Position numbers and translations under genes: made by a program. Source: Planctomycetota bacterium (GTDB lineage: Bacteria; Planctomycetota; UBA1135; UBA2386). From it: a stretch of 64,000 nucleotides of DNA. Shown here piece after piece: positions 50,356-58,993 of the stretch; the first letter of the stretch is position 1; each line of letters starts with the position of its first letter. The DNA lies in contig JAEUHT010000041.1 of the NCBI GenBank assembly GCA_016793265.1, positions 1,865-65,864 of the forward strand, given 5' to 3'. The notes under the pieces were generated by a model. The model searched no databases. It had not been told where the DNA came from and saw only the letters and a list, made by a program, of their open reading frames with translations.

Positions 50356-51489
50356 TCAGCCGGCGCAGTTTTTTTTCTGCAGCCGCAGCACGAGCTCGCC
50401 GACCCGATGACCTGCAGCGTGCAGCGCTGCACAGTCGTCGTTGGCACCGAAGCTGAAGCGCACGCAGGCCCGCGCTTGCACGTCGTCGCGGCCGATGGCG
50501 ACGAGGATGCGCGGTGGCGTCGGCGCGCCGCTCGAACAGGCTGCACCGTGCGAAGCGTGGATCGCCGCGAGATCGAGCGCAGGCATCAGGTTGCGGCCAT
50601 CGACGTGCGGGAAGCACAACATCGCGGTGTTCGGCAGGCTCGCCGTCAAAGGCGTCAAGAGATCGTGCTGCACACCGGACTCGCCGAGCGCCGCGAGGAA
50701 CGCGCAACGAACCGCAGCCATGTGCGCGCCGCGACTAGCACAATCGGTTAGAGCCCGCACGATCGCGAGCGCGTTCGCCGCGGCGAGCGAAGGACTCTGC
50801 GTGCCCGGTCGATGACCGAGCTCTTGCCCGCCCCCGCGCAGCAACGGCCGCAATCGGGCGTGCAGGTCGTGGCCGAGCAGCACCCCGTGACCACGCAGAC
50901 CTCCGGCCTTGTGCGGAGACAGCGCGACGATCGCGCCGGCGGCGACCACCGGTTCGACGGCGACGCGTCCGAGGGTCTGCGCCGCATCGACGAACAGCGG
51001 CAGTCGGCGTCGCGCCGCCATCGCCGCGGCTGCGAGCACCGGCTGCAGCGTGCCGACTTCACCCTGCGCGTGCACCAGGCAGAGCAGGCCGACGTTCGGT
51101 TCAGGTTCGGTCAATTGCACCGCGGCTTCGGCATCGACGGTCCACCAGCGTGCACCGCGCAGCTGCGCTGGCTCCAGCACGGCCGGGTGTTCGGCTGGCG
51201 AGACCTGCACCGGCAGCGATGGCTCGCCGAGCCCGAGCACCGCCAGGTTGGCAGCCTCGGTTCCCCCGCTCGTGAACACCACGTCGGCGGCGGCCACCTC
51301 GAAGGCGTCGGCGATCTGCTGCCGGGCCTGTTCGAGCACCGCGCGGGCCCGGCGGCCTGGCGCATGCTGGCTCGCGGGGTTGCCAGGGCACTCGCGTTCG
51401 ACCGTGAGGAAGCGCTCGAGCACCTCGGGCGCCACCGGCCCGCCAGCGTTGTGGTCGCAGAACACGGCGCCGCTCCGGCCGTCGCTCAC
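50356..51489 (-). CDS. Cysteine desulfurase (IscS/NifS-like, class V PLP)
   Basis: DHNA, GNPAS.H, FTSGGTEA, EHPAV, DAAQ, SPHK, GGGQE..RPGT, GAACSSG; GTG overlaps the bshA stop. Confidence 0.9.
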   Translation of the reverse strand: MSDGRSGAVFCDHNAGGPVAPEVLERFLTVERECPGNPASQHAPGRRARAVLEQARQQIADAFEVAAADVVFTSGGTEAANLAVLGLGEPSLPVQVSPAEHPAVLEPAQLRGARWWTVDAEAAVQLTEPEPNVGLLCLVHAQGEVGTLQPVLAAAAMAARRRLPLFVDAAQTLGRVAVEPVVAAGAIVALSPHKAGGLRGHGVLLGHDLHARLRPLLRGGGQELGHRPGTQSPSLAAANALAIVRALTDCASRGAHMAAVRCAFLAALGESGVQHDLLTPLTASLPNTAMLCFPHVDGRNLMPALDLAAIHASHGAACSSGAPTPPRILVAIGRDDVQARACVRFSFGANDDCAALHAAGHRVGELVLRLQKKNCAG

Positions 51490-52589
51490 GCCAGGACCCG
51501 TTCGTAGATCGCCACGTACTGGCTGACGATGCGTTCGGTCGCGAACTGCTCGACGGCGCGCGCGCGGGCGGCGGCGGCCAACCGGGTGTGGGCGTCGACG
51601 TCGGTCAACAGCTCGAGCGCCACCTTCGCCATCACGTCGGGCTGGGCGAACGGCACCAGCCGGCCGGTGTCGCCGAGCACCTCGGCGACGCCGCCGACCG
51701 CGGTGGACACGCACGGCACGCCGCAGCTCATCGCCTCCAGCATCGACAGGCCGAAGCTCTCGGTCTCCGACGCCGACAAGAACAGGTCCGCCTGCGGTAG
51801 CACGTCCTCGAGGTTGTCGACCATGCCGAGCGTCTCGACCTTGTGTTGGCAGCCGACGTCGTTGGCGACCGCGAGCGCGTGTTCCCGATCGGGGCCGTCG
51901 CCGACCAGCAGCAGTCGCGCCGGCACCTGGCGCTGGATCGCGGCGAACGCGCGCACCACGTCGGCCACGCGCTTGACCGGGCGGAAGTTCGATACGTGCA
52001 CGAGGATGCGCTCCTCGTCGGCACGCTGATGCCAGCGCGGCGTGGCGGTGGGCCGGAAGCGCTCGATGTCGACGAAGTTCGGCACCACTTCGACCTCCTT
52101 GCGCACGCCGAACACGAGCTGCGTCTCGTCGGCGAGGTAGCGGCTGACCGCGGTGACGGCATCCGACTGCTCGAGCGCGAAGCGGGTCGGCCGCATGTAG
52201 GCGCGGTCGCTGCCGACGATGGTGATGTCGGTGCCGTGCAGCGTGGTCACGAACCTCAGGCAGTCGCCGCACATGCTGCGCGCCAGGAAGGCGCTGACGG
52301 CGTGCGGGATCGCGTAGTGCACGTGGAAGACGTCGATGCGCGCTTCTTCGCGCACCTCGAGCATGCGCGTCGCCAGGGCGAGGTCGTACGGCGGGTAGCG
52401 GAACAGCGGGTAGGCCGACACCGCGACCTGGTGGAAGCGCAGCCCGGGCACGCCGCGGCGCAGCCGGCTCGGCCGGTCGTAGCTGAGCAGGTGCACGTCG
52501 TGGCCGCGCTTGGCGAGCGCGATGGCCACTTCGGTGGCGACCACGCCGCTGCCGCCGACGGTCGGATAACAGACGATGCCGATGCGCAT
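51486..52589 (-). CDS. bshA: N-acetyl-alpha-D-glucosaminyl L-malate synthase
   Basis: MRIGIVCYPTVGGSGVVATE, YPLFRYPPY, HVHYAIPHA, TTLHGTDIT, HVSNFRPVKR, ESFGL. Confidence 0.95.
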   Translation of the reverse strand: MRIGIVCYPTVGGSGVVATEVAIALAKRGHDVHLLSYDRPSRLRRGVPGLRFHQVAVSAYPLFRYPPYDLALATRMLEVREEARIDVFHVHYAIPHAVSAFLARSMCGDCLRFVTTLHGTDITIVGSDRAYMRPTRFALEQSDAVTAVSRYLADETQLVFGVRKEVEVVPNFVDIERFRPTATPRWHQRADEERILVHVSNFRPVKRVADVVRAFAAIQRQVPARLLLVGDGPDREHALAVANDVGCQHKVETLGMVDNLEDVLPQADLFLSASETESFGLSMLEAMSCGVPCVSTAVGGVAEVLGDTGRLVPFAQPDVMAKVALELLTDVDAHTRLAAAARARAVEQFATERIVSQYVAIYERVLA

Positions 52590-52621
52590 GGGGCGTCGAT
52601 ACTACCCCCTGGCCAGGAAGT

Positions 52622-53230
52622 TCAGCGATCGTCGGTCGCCAGCGCCATCGGCAGCTCGAGCACGAGCAGCAGGCCGTGGTGGTCGTCGGTGGCGACGCGG
52701 CAGCGGCCGTCGAAGGTGCCGACGAAGTCGCCGAGCGTCTCGGCGCGTTCGCCGCGGAACGGGCCGGCCTCGGCGCTGAGGCCCCGGCTCTCGATCTCGA
52801 ACACGGCGACGTCGTCGTCGCGGCGCGTGGTCACGATCAGCTCGCCGCCTGCGTCGAGGTCCTCGACCGCCAGCACCAGCGCCCGGCGCACGGCGTGGGT
52901 GAGTTCGTTGGGAGACACCGCCACCGGCGGCAGGTCCGGGTCGAGGCGCTGGCGCACGACGATCGGCACGCCGAGCTCGGTGACGCAGGCCTGGGTGGCG
53001 CGCTCGACGATCGGGTTGAGGGCCGCCTGGCCCTCCTGGTCGTCGACCACCAGCATGTGGTCGACGAGATCCTGCAGCATCGCGGTCTCCTGCTCCACCG
53101 CGTCGGCGGTTTCGTAGCCATCGTCGCCGTCGGGCAGGTCCTGGATGCGGTAGGCCTCGGCGTCGATGCGGCCGAGGCACTGTTCCAGCAGGTGCTCGAG
53201 GCGATCGAGGTCGGGATCGCGCTTCTTCAT
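52622..53230 (-). CDS. Degenerate histidine-kinase-like (pseudo-HATPase) protein
   Basis: LNPIVE..LDPDLPPV....ELTHAVRRAL..A......GGELIVTT..VFEIESRG; N-box Asn and G1 Asp absent, no clear H-box. Confidence 0.7.
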   Translation of the reverse strand: MKKRDPDLDRLEHLLEQCLGRIDAEAYRIQDLPDGDDGYETADAVEQETAMLQDLVDHMLVVDDQEGQAALNPIVERATQACVTELGVPIVVRQRLDPDLPPVAVSPNELTHAVRRALVLAVEDLDAGGELIVTTRRDDDVAVFEIESRGLSAEAGPFRGERAETLGDFVGTFDGRCRVATDDHHGLLLVLELPMALATDDR

Positions 53231-53240
53231 GCCCCGCGGC

Positions 53241-53267
53241 TATCGGCCGTCGGGCTTTGCCGCATGA
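53241..53267 (-). promoter_or_regulatory. Sigma28-like promoter of the pseudo-HATPase gene
   Basis: TCATG-N15-GCCGATA, 10 nt before ATG 53230. Confidence 0.5.
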
Positions 53268-53340
53268 AGGTCGCCGCGACGGTGGTGGTCCCGGCTCGGG
53301 ACGGAGCCCCGTCGCGGGCGGTGTCCGGCCGGACCTGTCG

Positions 53341-54177
53341 TCAGGCCGAGCCTTCGGCGGCCTGCTCGGGCGCCGGTTCGGCGGCAGCGGCCGTTGCCGT
53401 CGGCACGACGACGCCGATCATGCGCAGGAACTCGGCCCCGAACGCCTCGTAGTCGCGGGCGCCGTTGCTGTCGGGAGCGTGCTCGAAGATGGTGCGGCCG
53501 AAGCTCGGCGCTTCGGCGAGCTTGACGTTGTTGCGGATGCGCGCCTTGGCCAGCAGCGGCCCGAAGTGGGTGTCGATCTCGCGCAGCACTTCGCTGCTGA
53601 GGTTGGTGCGGGCGTCGACCATGCACGGCAGCACGCAGGCGATCTGCAGCGCCGGGTTGAGCCGCTTCTGCACGAGCTGGATGACCTCGAGCAGCTTGGC
53701 CATGCCCTGCAGCGACAGGTACTCGGCCTGCATCGGGATGACGACATGGTCGGCGGCCACCAGCGCGTTGGCGCTCAGCACGCCGAGTGACGGCGGGCAG
53801 TCGAACAGCACGAAGTCGAAGTCCTTGGCGCCCGGGAACGCGTCGAGCGCTTCGCGCAGGATCGTCTCGCGGCCGATGCGGTTGGCGAGCACCTGCTCGA
53901 CACCGGCCAAGGACGTGTCGCTCGGCACCACGAACAGGTTGGCGATCGAGGTCGGTTGCACGAGGTCCTGCAGCGGCGCGTCCTCGACCAGGAGGCTGGT
54001 CAGCGTGTGGCTCTCGAGGTCGGGGCGCTTGTCGACGTGCACCGTCAGGTTGGCCTGCGGGTCCATGTCGAGCAGCAGCACGCGGAACCCCTGGCGCGCG
54101 ATCGCGGCGCCGAGATTGACCGTGGTGGTCGTCTTGCCGACGCCGCCCTTCTGGTTGATGACCGCGATGCGCTTCAT
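53341..54177 (-). CDS. parA: ParA/Soj family ATPase
   Basis: GGAGG SD; NQKGGVGKTTT, DMDPQAN, DCPPSLG, IRNNVKLAEAPSFG. Confidence 0.93.
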   Translation of the reverse strand: MKRIAVINQKGGVGKTTTTVNLGAAIARQGFRVLLLDMDPQANLTVHVDKRPDLESHTLTSLLVEDAPLQDLVQPTSIANLFVVPSDTSLAGVEQVLANRIGRETILREALDAFPGAKDFDFVLFDCPPSLGVLSANALVAADHVVIPMQAEYLSLQGMAKLLEVIQLVQKRLNPALQIACVLPCMVDARTNLSSEVLREIDTHFGPLLAKARIRNNVKLAEAPSFGRTIFEHAPDSNGARDYEAFGAEFLRMIGVVVPTATAAAAEPAPEQAAEGSA

Positions 54178-54256
54178 GGCCGAGCCTCCGCGCACGATGG
54201 TGCCACGCGGCGGGCCGCGTGCGAGCCTTTTCTCGGCCTCGTGCGTGGCGTCGACG

Positions 54257-54979
54257 TCAGCCGAGCAGGGCGGCGAGATCCCGCACCGGCAGCGGTCCGG
54301 CGTGCCAATACGCCTCACCGGCGATGCTGCCGATGCGGGCGCCGTGGTAGCGGTCGCGCACCTGGGCCCGGTCGAGCACGTCGACGGTCGGCGGCTGTCC
54401 GGCGGGTGCCGGCGGCGCGATCTGCGAACGGAAACAACGCAGCACTTCGGCCTTGGCGTCGACCACGGTGCTGATGTCGACGACGAGGCTCGGTTCGAAC
54501 GGGTGGTTGCCGGTGTAGGCCAGCACGAGCCGCGGCCGGTGGCGCGCGCCGAGCTCGGGGCGGTGGTTGCGGAGGCCGGCGAGGAAGGTGGCGCGATGCG
54601 CGATCGCGGCGGCGGCGACGTGGTCGGGGTGGCGGTCCTCGCCGAACGGCACCAGGAGGAGCTGCGGCTGCACGGCGCGCAGCACCGCGACCAGGCGGTC
54701 GGCGGAGTCGTCGTCGTCGCGCATCGCCGTGTCGCAGAGACCGAGGTTGCCGCGGGCGCGGGCGCCGAGCCGGGCGGCCGCCGCGGTCGCTTCGGCGGCG
54801 CGGCTGGCGGCGTCGCCCTGGCTGCCCTTCTCTCCCGCCGACGCGTCGACCAATACGCAGCTGCGGCCGAGCTGGCCGAGCCGCAGCAGCGTGCCGGCGC
54901 AGCCGATCTCGAGGTCGTCGGGGTGGGCGCCGAAGGCCAGCACGTCGGCGCGCGGCAGCGCCAGCAACGCCGGCAACAT
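54257..54979 (-). CDS. bshB1: Bacillithiol biosynthesis deacetylase BshB1 (PIG-L family)
   Basis: AFGAHPDDLEIGCAG, GEKGSQG, R..E, DRHPDH, VVDIS, FRSQ; coupled to bshC by TGATG overlap. Confidence 0.88.
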   Translation of the reverse strand: MLPALLALPRADVLAFGAHPDDLEIGCAGTLLRLGQLGRSCVLVDASAGEKGSQGDAASRAAEATAAAARLGARARGNLGLCDTAMRDDDDSADRLVAVLRAVQPQLLLVPFGEDRHPDHVAAAAIAHRATFLAGLRNHRPELGARHRPRLVLAYTGNHPFEPSLVVDISTVVDAKAEVLRCFRSQIAPPAPAGQPPTVDVLDRAQVRDRYHGARIGSIAGEAYWHAGPLPVRDLAALLG

Positions 54980-56547
54980 CACAGCTCCAGCACGCCGTGG
55001 TCGGCGCGGAACGGATCGGCGGCGTCGATCAGGGCGTCGGCCAGGTGCGGCCCGACCGTGGTCAGGAACGACAGCGGCCCGAGCACGCGCTCTTGCGGGC
55101 GCGAGCGCGGTCGCAGCGTGCTGCACAGGCGGCGCAGCTGGCGGATGCCGGTGCCCTCGCGGTTCTGGCGGGCGTTGCGCACCTTCTGCAGCAACCGTTC
55201 GATCTCCTCGACCGACTTGGTGCGGGCGCGATCGAGCGCGCCGAGCATCGACGCGTCGAGCACGCCGAGCTGCTGGGCGATGCCGTCGAGGCCGTTGCGC
55301 AGGTGGGCCTGCAGGTCCTCGAGGCGCACCTCGACGTCGCTGCCCTGATCACCGGCCAGCAGCCGTTCGGCGAGCTCCTCGGCCGGGCGGTCGAGGTCGG
55401 GCAGGTCGAGCGAGAAGCGGTTGAGCAACCGCTGCATCGACGGCTCGACGAGCGTCAGCGACGCGCGCGGCACGAACACCGGCTGCGGCACGCCGAGTGT
55501 GCGGTAGAGCGGCGCCACCGAGCACAGGTACCCGAGTTCGCCAGGGCCGACGACGAAGGCGACCGATGGCAGGCAGGCGTCCTGCCACAGCGGCCGCAAC
55601 AACACACCCGGGCTCAGGTCCTGCGGCCGGCCGACGCTCTCGCCGTCGGCCAGCGGTTGGCGCACACCGCCGGTCAGTTCGAACATCATCGTCGCGGTCG
55701 GGTCGAGCGTGACGTCGATGCCGAGCGCGCCGAGGTCGTCGCTGGCCTGGCGCAGCTGGTCGCGCACCTCGTTGGCCTTGCCCCACCACTTCAGCAGCGG
55801 CTCGAACGCCTCCGCCGGCAGGTCGCGCGGCTCGATCATGCAGAGGCCGTGCCTGCCGAACGTCTCGAACAGGAAGCGCGCCTGTTGGTCGCCGAGCGTG
55901 TCGTTGCTGCTGCGCGGCCTGGCCATGCCCATGACCCAGTCGCGGAATTCGGTCTGCGGCAGCAGCGGGTCGAGCTCGTGCAGCAGGCGCTCGAGGTCGC
56001 GGCCGACGGCGATCGACCGCAGCGGTTCGTTGTGGCTGGTCTGGTCGATGCGGAAGCGCTGCACTTCCTGCTGCTGGTTGACCAGGAACAGGCGGTTGGC
56101 TTCTTCGAGGTCGTGGTCGTCGCTGTGGTTCCAGAACAGCGGCACCACGCGCGGCCCGCCACCGGCGGCGGCGCTGGCGGCGTTGATGTCGCGGCACAGC
56201 CGGATCGCCGTCGCCACCTTGTGGAACGTCAGCAGCGGCCCGCCCATCAGCCCCGGCTGCTGGCCGGTGACGACGACGTGCACGTCCGGGTCGAGCAGCG
56301 CCTTGGCGCTGGCGAACACCTCGGCCGGCGCGTGGTGGCGTTCGGCGTAGGCGCACAGCGCCTTGACCAGCAGTTCGCGCGGCAGCAGGCGGCCGGCGCG
56401 CGTCGGCGCCCGCCGCATCAGCTCGCCGACCGTGCGCGCGCGTTGACCGAGGAACGCGCCGAGCTCGCGGTCGTCTTCGAGGAACCGTTGGTGCGCCTCG
56501 GAGGTGCCGAGGCGGCGGAACGAGATGTGGCGGAGCGTTGCGGTCAC
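54979..56547 (-). CDS. bshC: Bacillithiol biosynthesis cysteine-adding enzyme BshC
   Basis: VVTGQQPGLMGGPL, VPLFW..DDHD, SPGVLLRPLWQD..LP..AFVVGPGE..Y, PQERVL. Confidence 0.9.
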   Translation of the reverse strand: MTATLRHISFRRLGTSEAHQRFLEDDRELGAFLGQRARTVGELMRRAPTRAGRLLPRELLVKALCAYAERHHAPAEVFASAKALLDPDVHVVVTGQQPGLMGGPLLTFHKVATAIRLCRDINAASAAAGGGPRVVPLFWNHSDDHDLEEANRLFLVNQQQEVQRFRIDQTSHNEPLRSIAVGRDLERLLHELDPLLPQTEFRDWVMGMARPRSSNDTLGDQQARFLFETFGRHGLCMIEPRDLPAEAFEPLLKWWGKANEVRDQLRQASDDLGALGIDVTLDPTATMMFELTGGVRQPLADGESVGRPQDLSPGVLLRPLWQDACLPSVAFVVGPGELGYLCSVAPLYRTLGVPQPVFVPRASLTLVEPSMQRLLNRFSLDLPDLDRPAEELAERLLAGDQGSDVEVRLEDLQAHLRNGLDGIAQQLGVLDASMLGALDRARTKSVEEIERLLQKVRNARQNREGTGIRQLRRLCSTLRPRSRPQERVLGPLSFLTTVGPHLADALIDAADPFRADHGVLEL

Positions 56548-57422
56548 GGGGTCGCGGTTCTACCGCCTGAGCACACCGCGCGACACTCGGCGGCGAACGT
56601 AGCCGCGGCAGCATCGATGCGGTCGAGCCAGTCGTCGGCTTCGGGGCGGAAGCACTGCATCACGCCACGGCTCTGGTTGACGAGCGCGCCGAGGCCACGC
56701 CGGTCGAACGCGGCGGCGAGATCCTGCACCTTGCCACCCTGGGCGCCGACGCCGGGCAGCAAGAGCCAGCTCTTCGGTAGCAGCGCGCGCAGCCGCGCCA
56801 GCTCCTGCGGCCAGGTCGCGCCGACGACGGCGCCGACCGGCGAGTAACCTTCGGCCTCGGGCAGCTCGCCCGCCCACCGCGTCACCGCGCGCGCGACGAC
56901 GTCACACAGCGGTTCGCCACCGACCATCAGGTCCTGGAAGTCCCTGGCGCCCGGGTTGCTCGTGCGCACGAGCACGAAGACGCCGCGGCCGCCGCGTTGC
57001 GGGTGGCAGGCCTTCAGGAACGGCGCCACCGAGTCGCCACCGAGATACGGGTGCAGCGTCACCGCGTCGGCGTGCGGGAAGTGACCTTCGGCGTAGGCCT
57101 CGGCCGTGCTGCCGATGTCGCCGCGCTTGACGTCGCCGACGACCAGCAGGTCGCGGCGGCGCGCCAGCTCGCAGACCTGCTCGTAAGCCCCGTAGCCGCC
57201 GGCACCGAAGCACTCGAAGAAGGCGATGTTGGGCTTCACGGCGGGAGCGTGCCGGGCCAACACGGGCATCACTTCGCGGTAGAACGCAACGATGCGGTCG
57301 GCGGGGGTGGCGCCTGGCAACAGGCGCAGCGGCAGCGCGTCCAGACGCGGATCGAGGCCGATCACGATCGGGGCCTGACCGCCGAGCACGCGCGCGGCGA
57401 GGCGGGCGACGAAGCTCTGCAT
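56544..57422 (-). CDS. pyrF: Orotidine-5'-phosphate decarboxylase
   Basis: GLDP, KPNIAFF, DVKRGDIGST, VRTSNPG, GAVVGAT, LLPGVGAQGG, NQSR. Confidence 0.95.
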   Translation of the reverse strand: MQSFVARLAARVLGGQAPIVIGLDPRLDALPLRLLPGATPADRIVAFYREVMPVLARHAPAVKPNIAFFECFGAGGYGAYEQVCELARRRDLLVVGDVKRGDIGSTAEAYAEGHFPHADAVTLHPYLGGDSVAPFLKACHPQRGGRGVFVLVRTSNPGARDFQDLMVGGEPLCDVVARAVTRWAGELPEAEGYSPVGAVVGATWPQELARLRALLPKSWLLLPGVGAQGGKVQDLAAAFDRRGLGALVNQSRGVMQCFRPEADDWLDRIDAAAATFAAECRAVCSGGRTATP

Positions 57423-57521
57423 TGGTCCGGCGAGAGTAGCCCTTGTTCCCCGTGGCGCGAGGTCGCCGCTTCTGATTCTCTTCTCGGCTCCAAAGTCCGA
57501 CGTCCGAGAGAGGCAGTCCCC

Positions 57522-58661
57522 ATGGTTGTGATCTTCGTGCCCAAGGAACCGGCTCCAGGCGAGACGCGCGTCGCCGCCATCCCGGAGACCGTGAAGGGCA
57601 TGCTCAAGCTCGGTCAGCAGGTGCAGATCGAGCGTGGTGCCGGAGTTCCCGCCGGCTTCCAGGATTCCGATTTCCAGGCCGCTGGCGCCACCCTCGTGGA
57701 CGCCGCCGCGATCGCCAGTGCCGACATCGTGCTCGCCGTCAACGCGCCGCCGCCCGACCGGGTGAAGGCGATGAAGGCCGGGGCGATCCTGATCTGCTCG
57801 CTGACGCCGACCAGCCGTCTCGACACGGTCGTGGCGGCGCGCGATGCGAAGGTCACCTCGATGGCCCTCGAGCTGATGCCGCGCATCACCCGGGCGCAGA
57901 AGATGGACATCCTCAGTTCGCAGGCAACCTGCAGCGGCTACCAGGCCGTGCTGCTGGCGGCGGTCCACCTGCCGAAGATGTTCCCGCTGATGATGACCGC
58001 GGCCGGCACCTTGACGCCGGCCCGCGTGCTGATCCTCGGCGTCGGCGTCGCCGGTCTGCAGGCGATCTCGACCGCCAAGAAGCTCGGCGCCGTGGTCGAG
58101 GCCAACGACATCCGCCCGGCCTGCCGCGAGCAGGTCGAGTCGCTCGGCGGCAAGTTCGTCGACACCGGCACGCCACCCAACGCCGAGACCAAGGGCGGCT
58201 ACGCCACCGAGGTGCAGGCCGAGTTCCTGAAGAAGCAGCGCGAGATCCTGACCAACCACATCGCGCAGGCCGACGTGCTGATCACGACGGCGCAGGTGCC
58301 GGGCAAGAAGGCGCCGGTGCTGGTGACGGCGGAGATGCGCAAGGCGATGAAGCCCGGTTCGGTGATCGTCGACATGGCCGCCGCGACCGGTGGCAACGTC
58401 GAGGGCACCGTCGCCGGTCAGGTCACCGACCTCGACGGCGTCACCGTGATCGGCGACACCAACCTCGCGTCCCGCAAGGCCAATGACGCCTCGCGCATGT
58501 TCGCGCGCAACATCCTCGCCATGTTCCCCGAGTTCATGGGCAAGGACGGCAAGCTCAACATCAACCTCGAACAGGAGATCCAGACCGCGGTCATCGTCAC
58601 CCACGATGGCAAGGTGCGGCACGAACCCACGGCCGCGGCCCTCGCCGCCAAGGGAGCCTGA
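57522..58661 (+). CDS. pntAA: NAD(P) transhydrogenase alpha subunit part 1 (dI)
   Basis: PKE..GETRVA, PRITRAQKMD, LMMTAAGT, GVGVAGLQA, GGYA, DMAAATGGNVE. Confidence 0.95.
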   Translation: MVVIFVPKEPAPGETRVAAIPETVKGMLKLGQQVQIERGAGVPAGFQDSDFQAAGATLVDAAAIASADIVLAVNAPPPDRVKAMKAGAILICSLTPTSRLDTVVAARDAKVTSMALELMPRITRAQKMDILSSQATCSGYQAVLLAAVHLPKMFPLMMTAAGTLTPARVLILGVGVAGLQAISTAKKLGAVVEANDIRPACREQVESLGGKFVDTGTPPNAETKGGYATEVQAEFLKKQREILTNHIAQADVLITTAQVPGKKAPVLVTAEMRKAMKPGSVIVDMAAATGGNVEGTVAGQVTDLDGVTVIGDTNLASRKANDASRMFARNILAMFPEFMGKDGKLNINLEQEIQTAVIVTHDGKVRHEPTAAALAAKGA

Positions 58662-58666
58662 GTCCG

Positions 58667-58990
58667 ATGGAACAGATCCTCGCGCAACTGACCTTCCTGG
58701 TCATCTTCGTCTTCGTCATCGCCTCGCTGCTCGGCTTCGAGCTGATCACCAAGGTGCCCCCGACGCTGCACACGCCGCTGATGTCGGGCTCCAACGCAAT
58801 CTCCGGCATCACCGTCGTCGGCGCGATCATGTGTGCGCTGACCCTGGAGGGGAACCCGCTCGGCAAGACGCCCGGCTGGTTCTCCAACACGCTCGCGTTC
58901 CTGGCGATCGTGTTCGCCACCATCAACGTGGTCGGCGGCTACATGGTGACCGACCGCATGCTCGGCTCGTTCAAGAAGAAGGGGAAGTGA
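58667..58990 (+). CDS. pntAB: NAD(P) transhydrogenase alpha subunit part 2
   Basis: LHTPLMSGSNAISG, INVVGGYMVTDRML. Confidence 0.95.
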   Translation: MEQILAQLTFLVIFVFVIASLLGFELITKVPPTLHTPLMSGSNAISGITVVGAIMCALTLEGNPLGKTPGWFSNTLAFLAIVFATINVVGGYMVTDRMLGSFKKKGK

Positions 58991-58993
58991 GCC

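Noticed and set aside
50034-50546. Small ORFs upstream of dnaA (possible rpmH or leader peptide)
   Set aside because: No L34-like sequence and no coding-like codon bias.
51490-52272. Apparent 638-aa desulfurase with a long N-terminal domain
   Set aside because: The extension is an alternative frame of bshA; the real start is the GTG at 51489.
57423-58622. Apparent 692-aa PyrF fusion
   Set aside because: The extension is antisense to pntAA.
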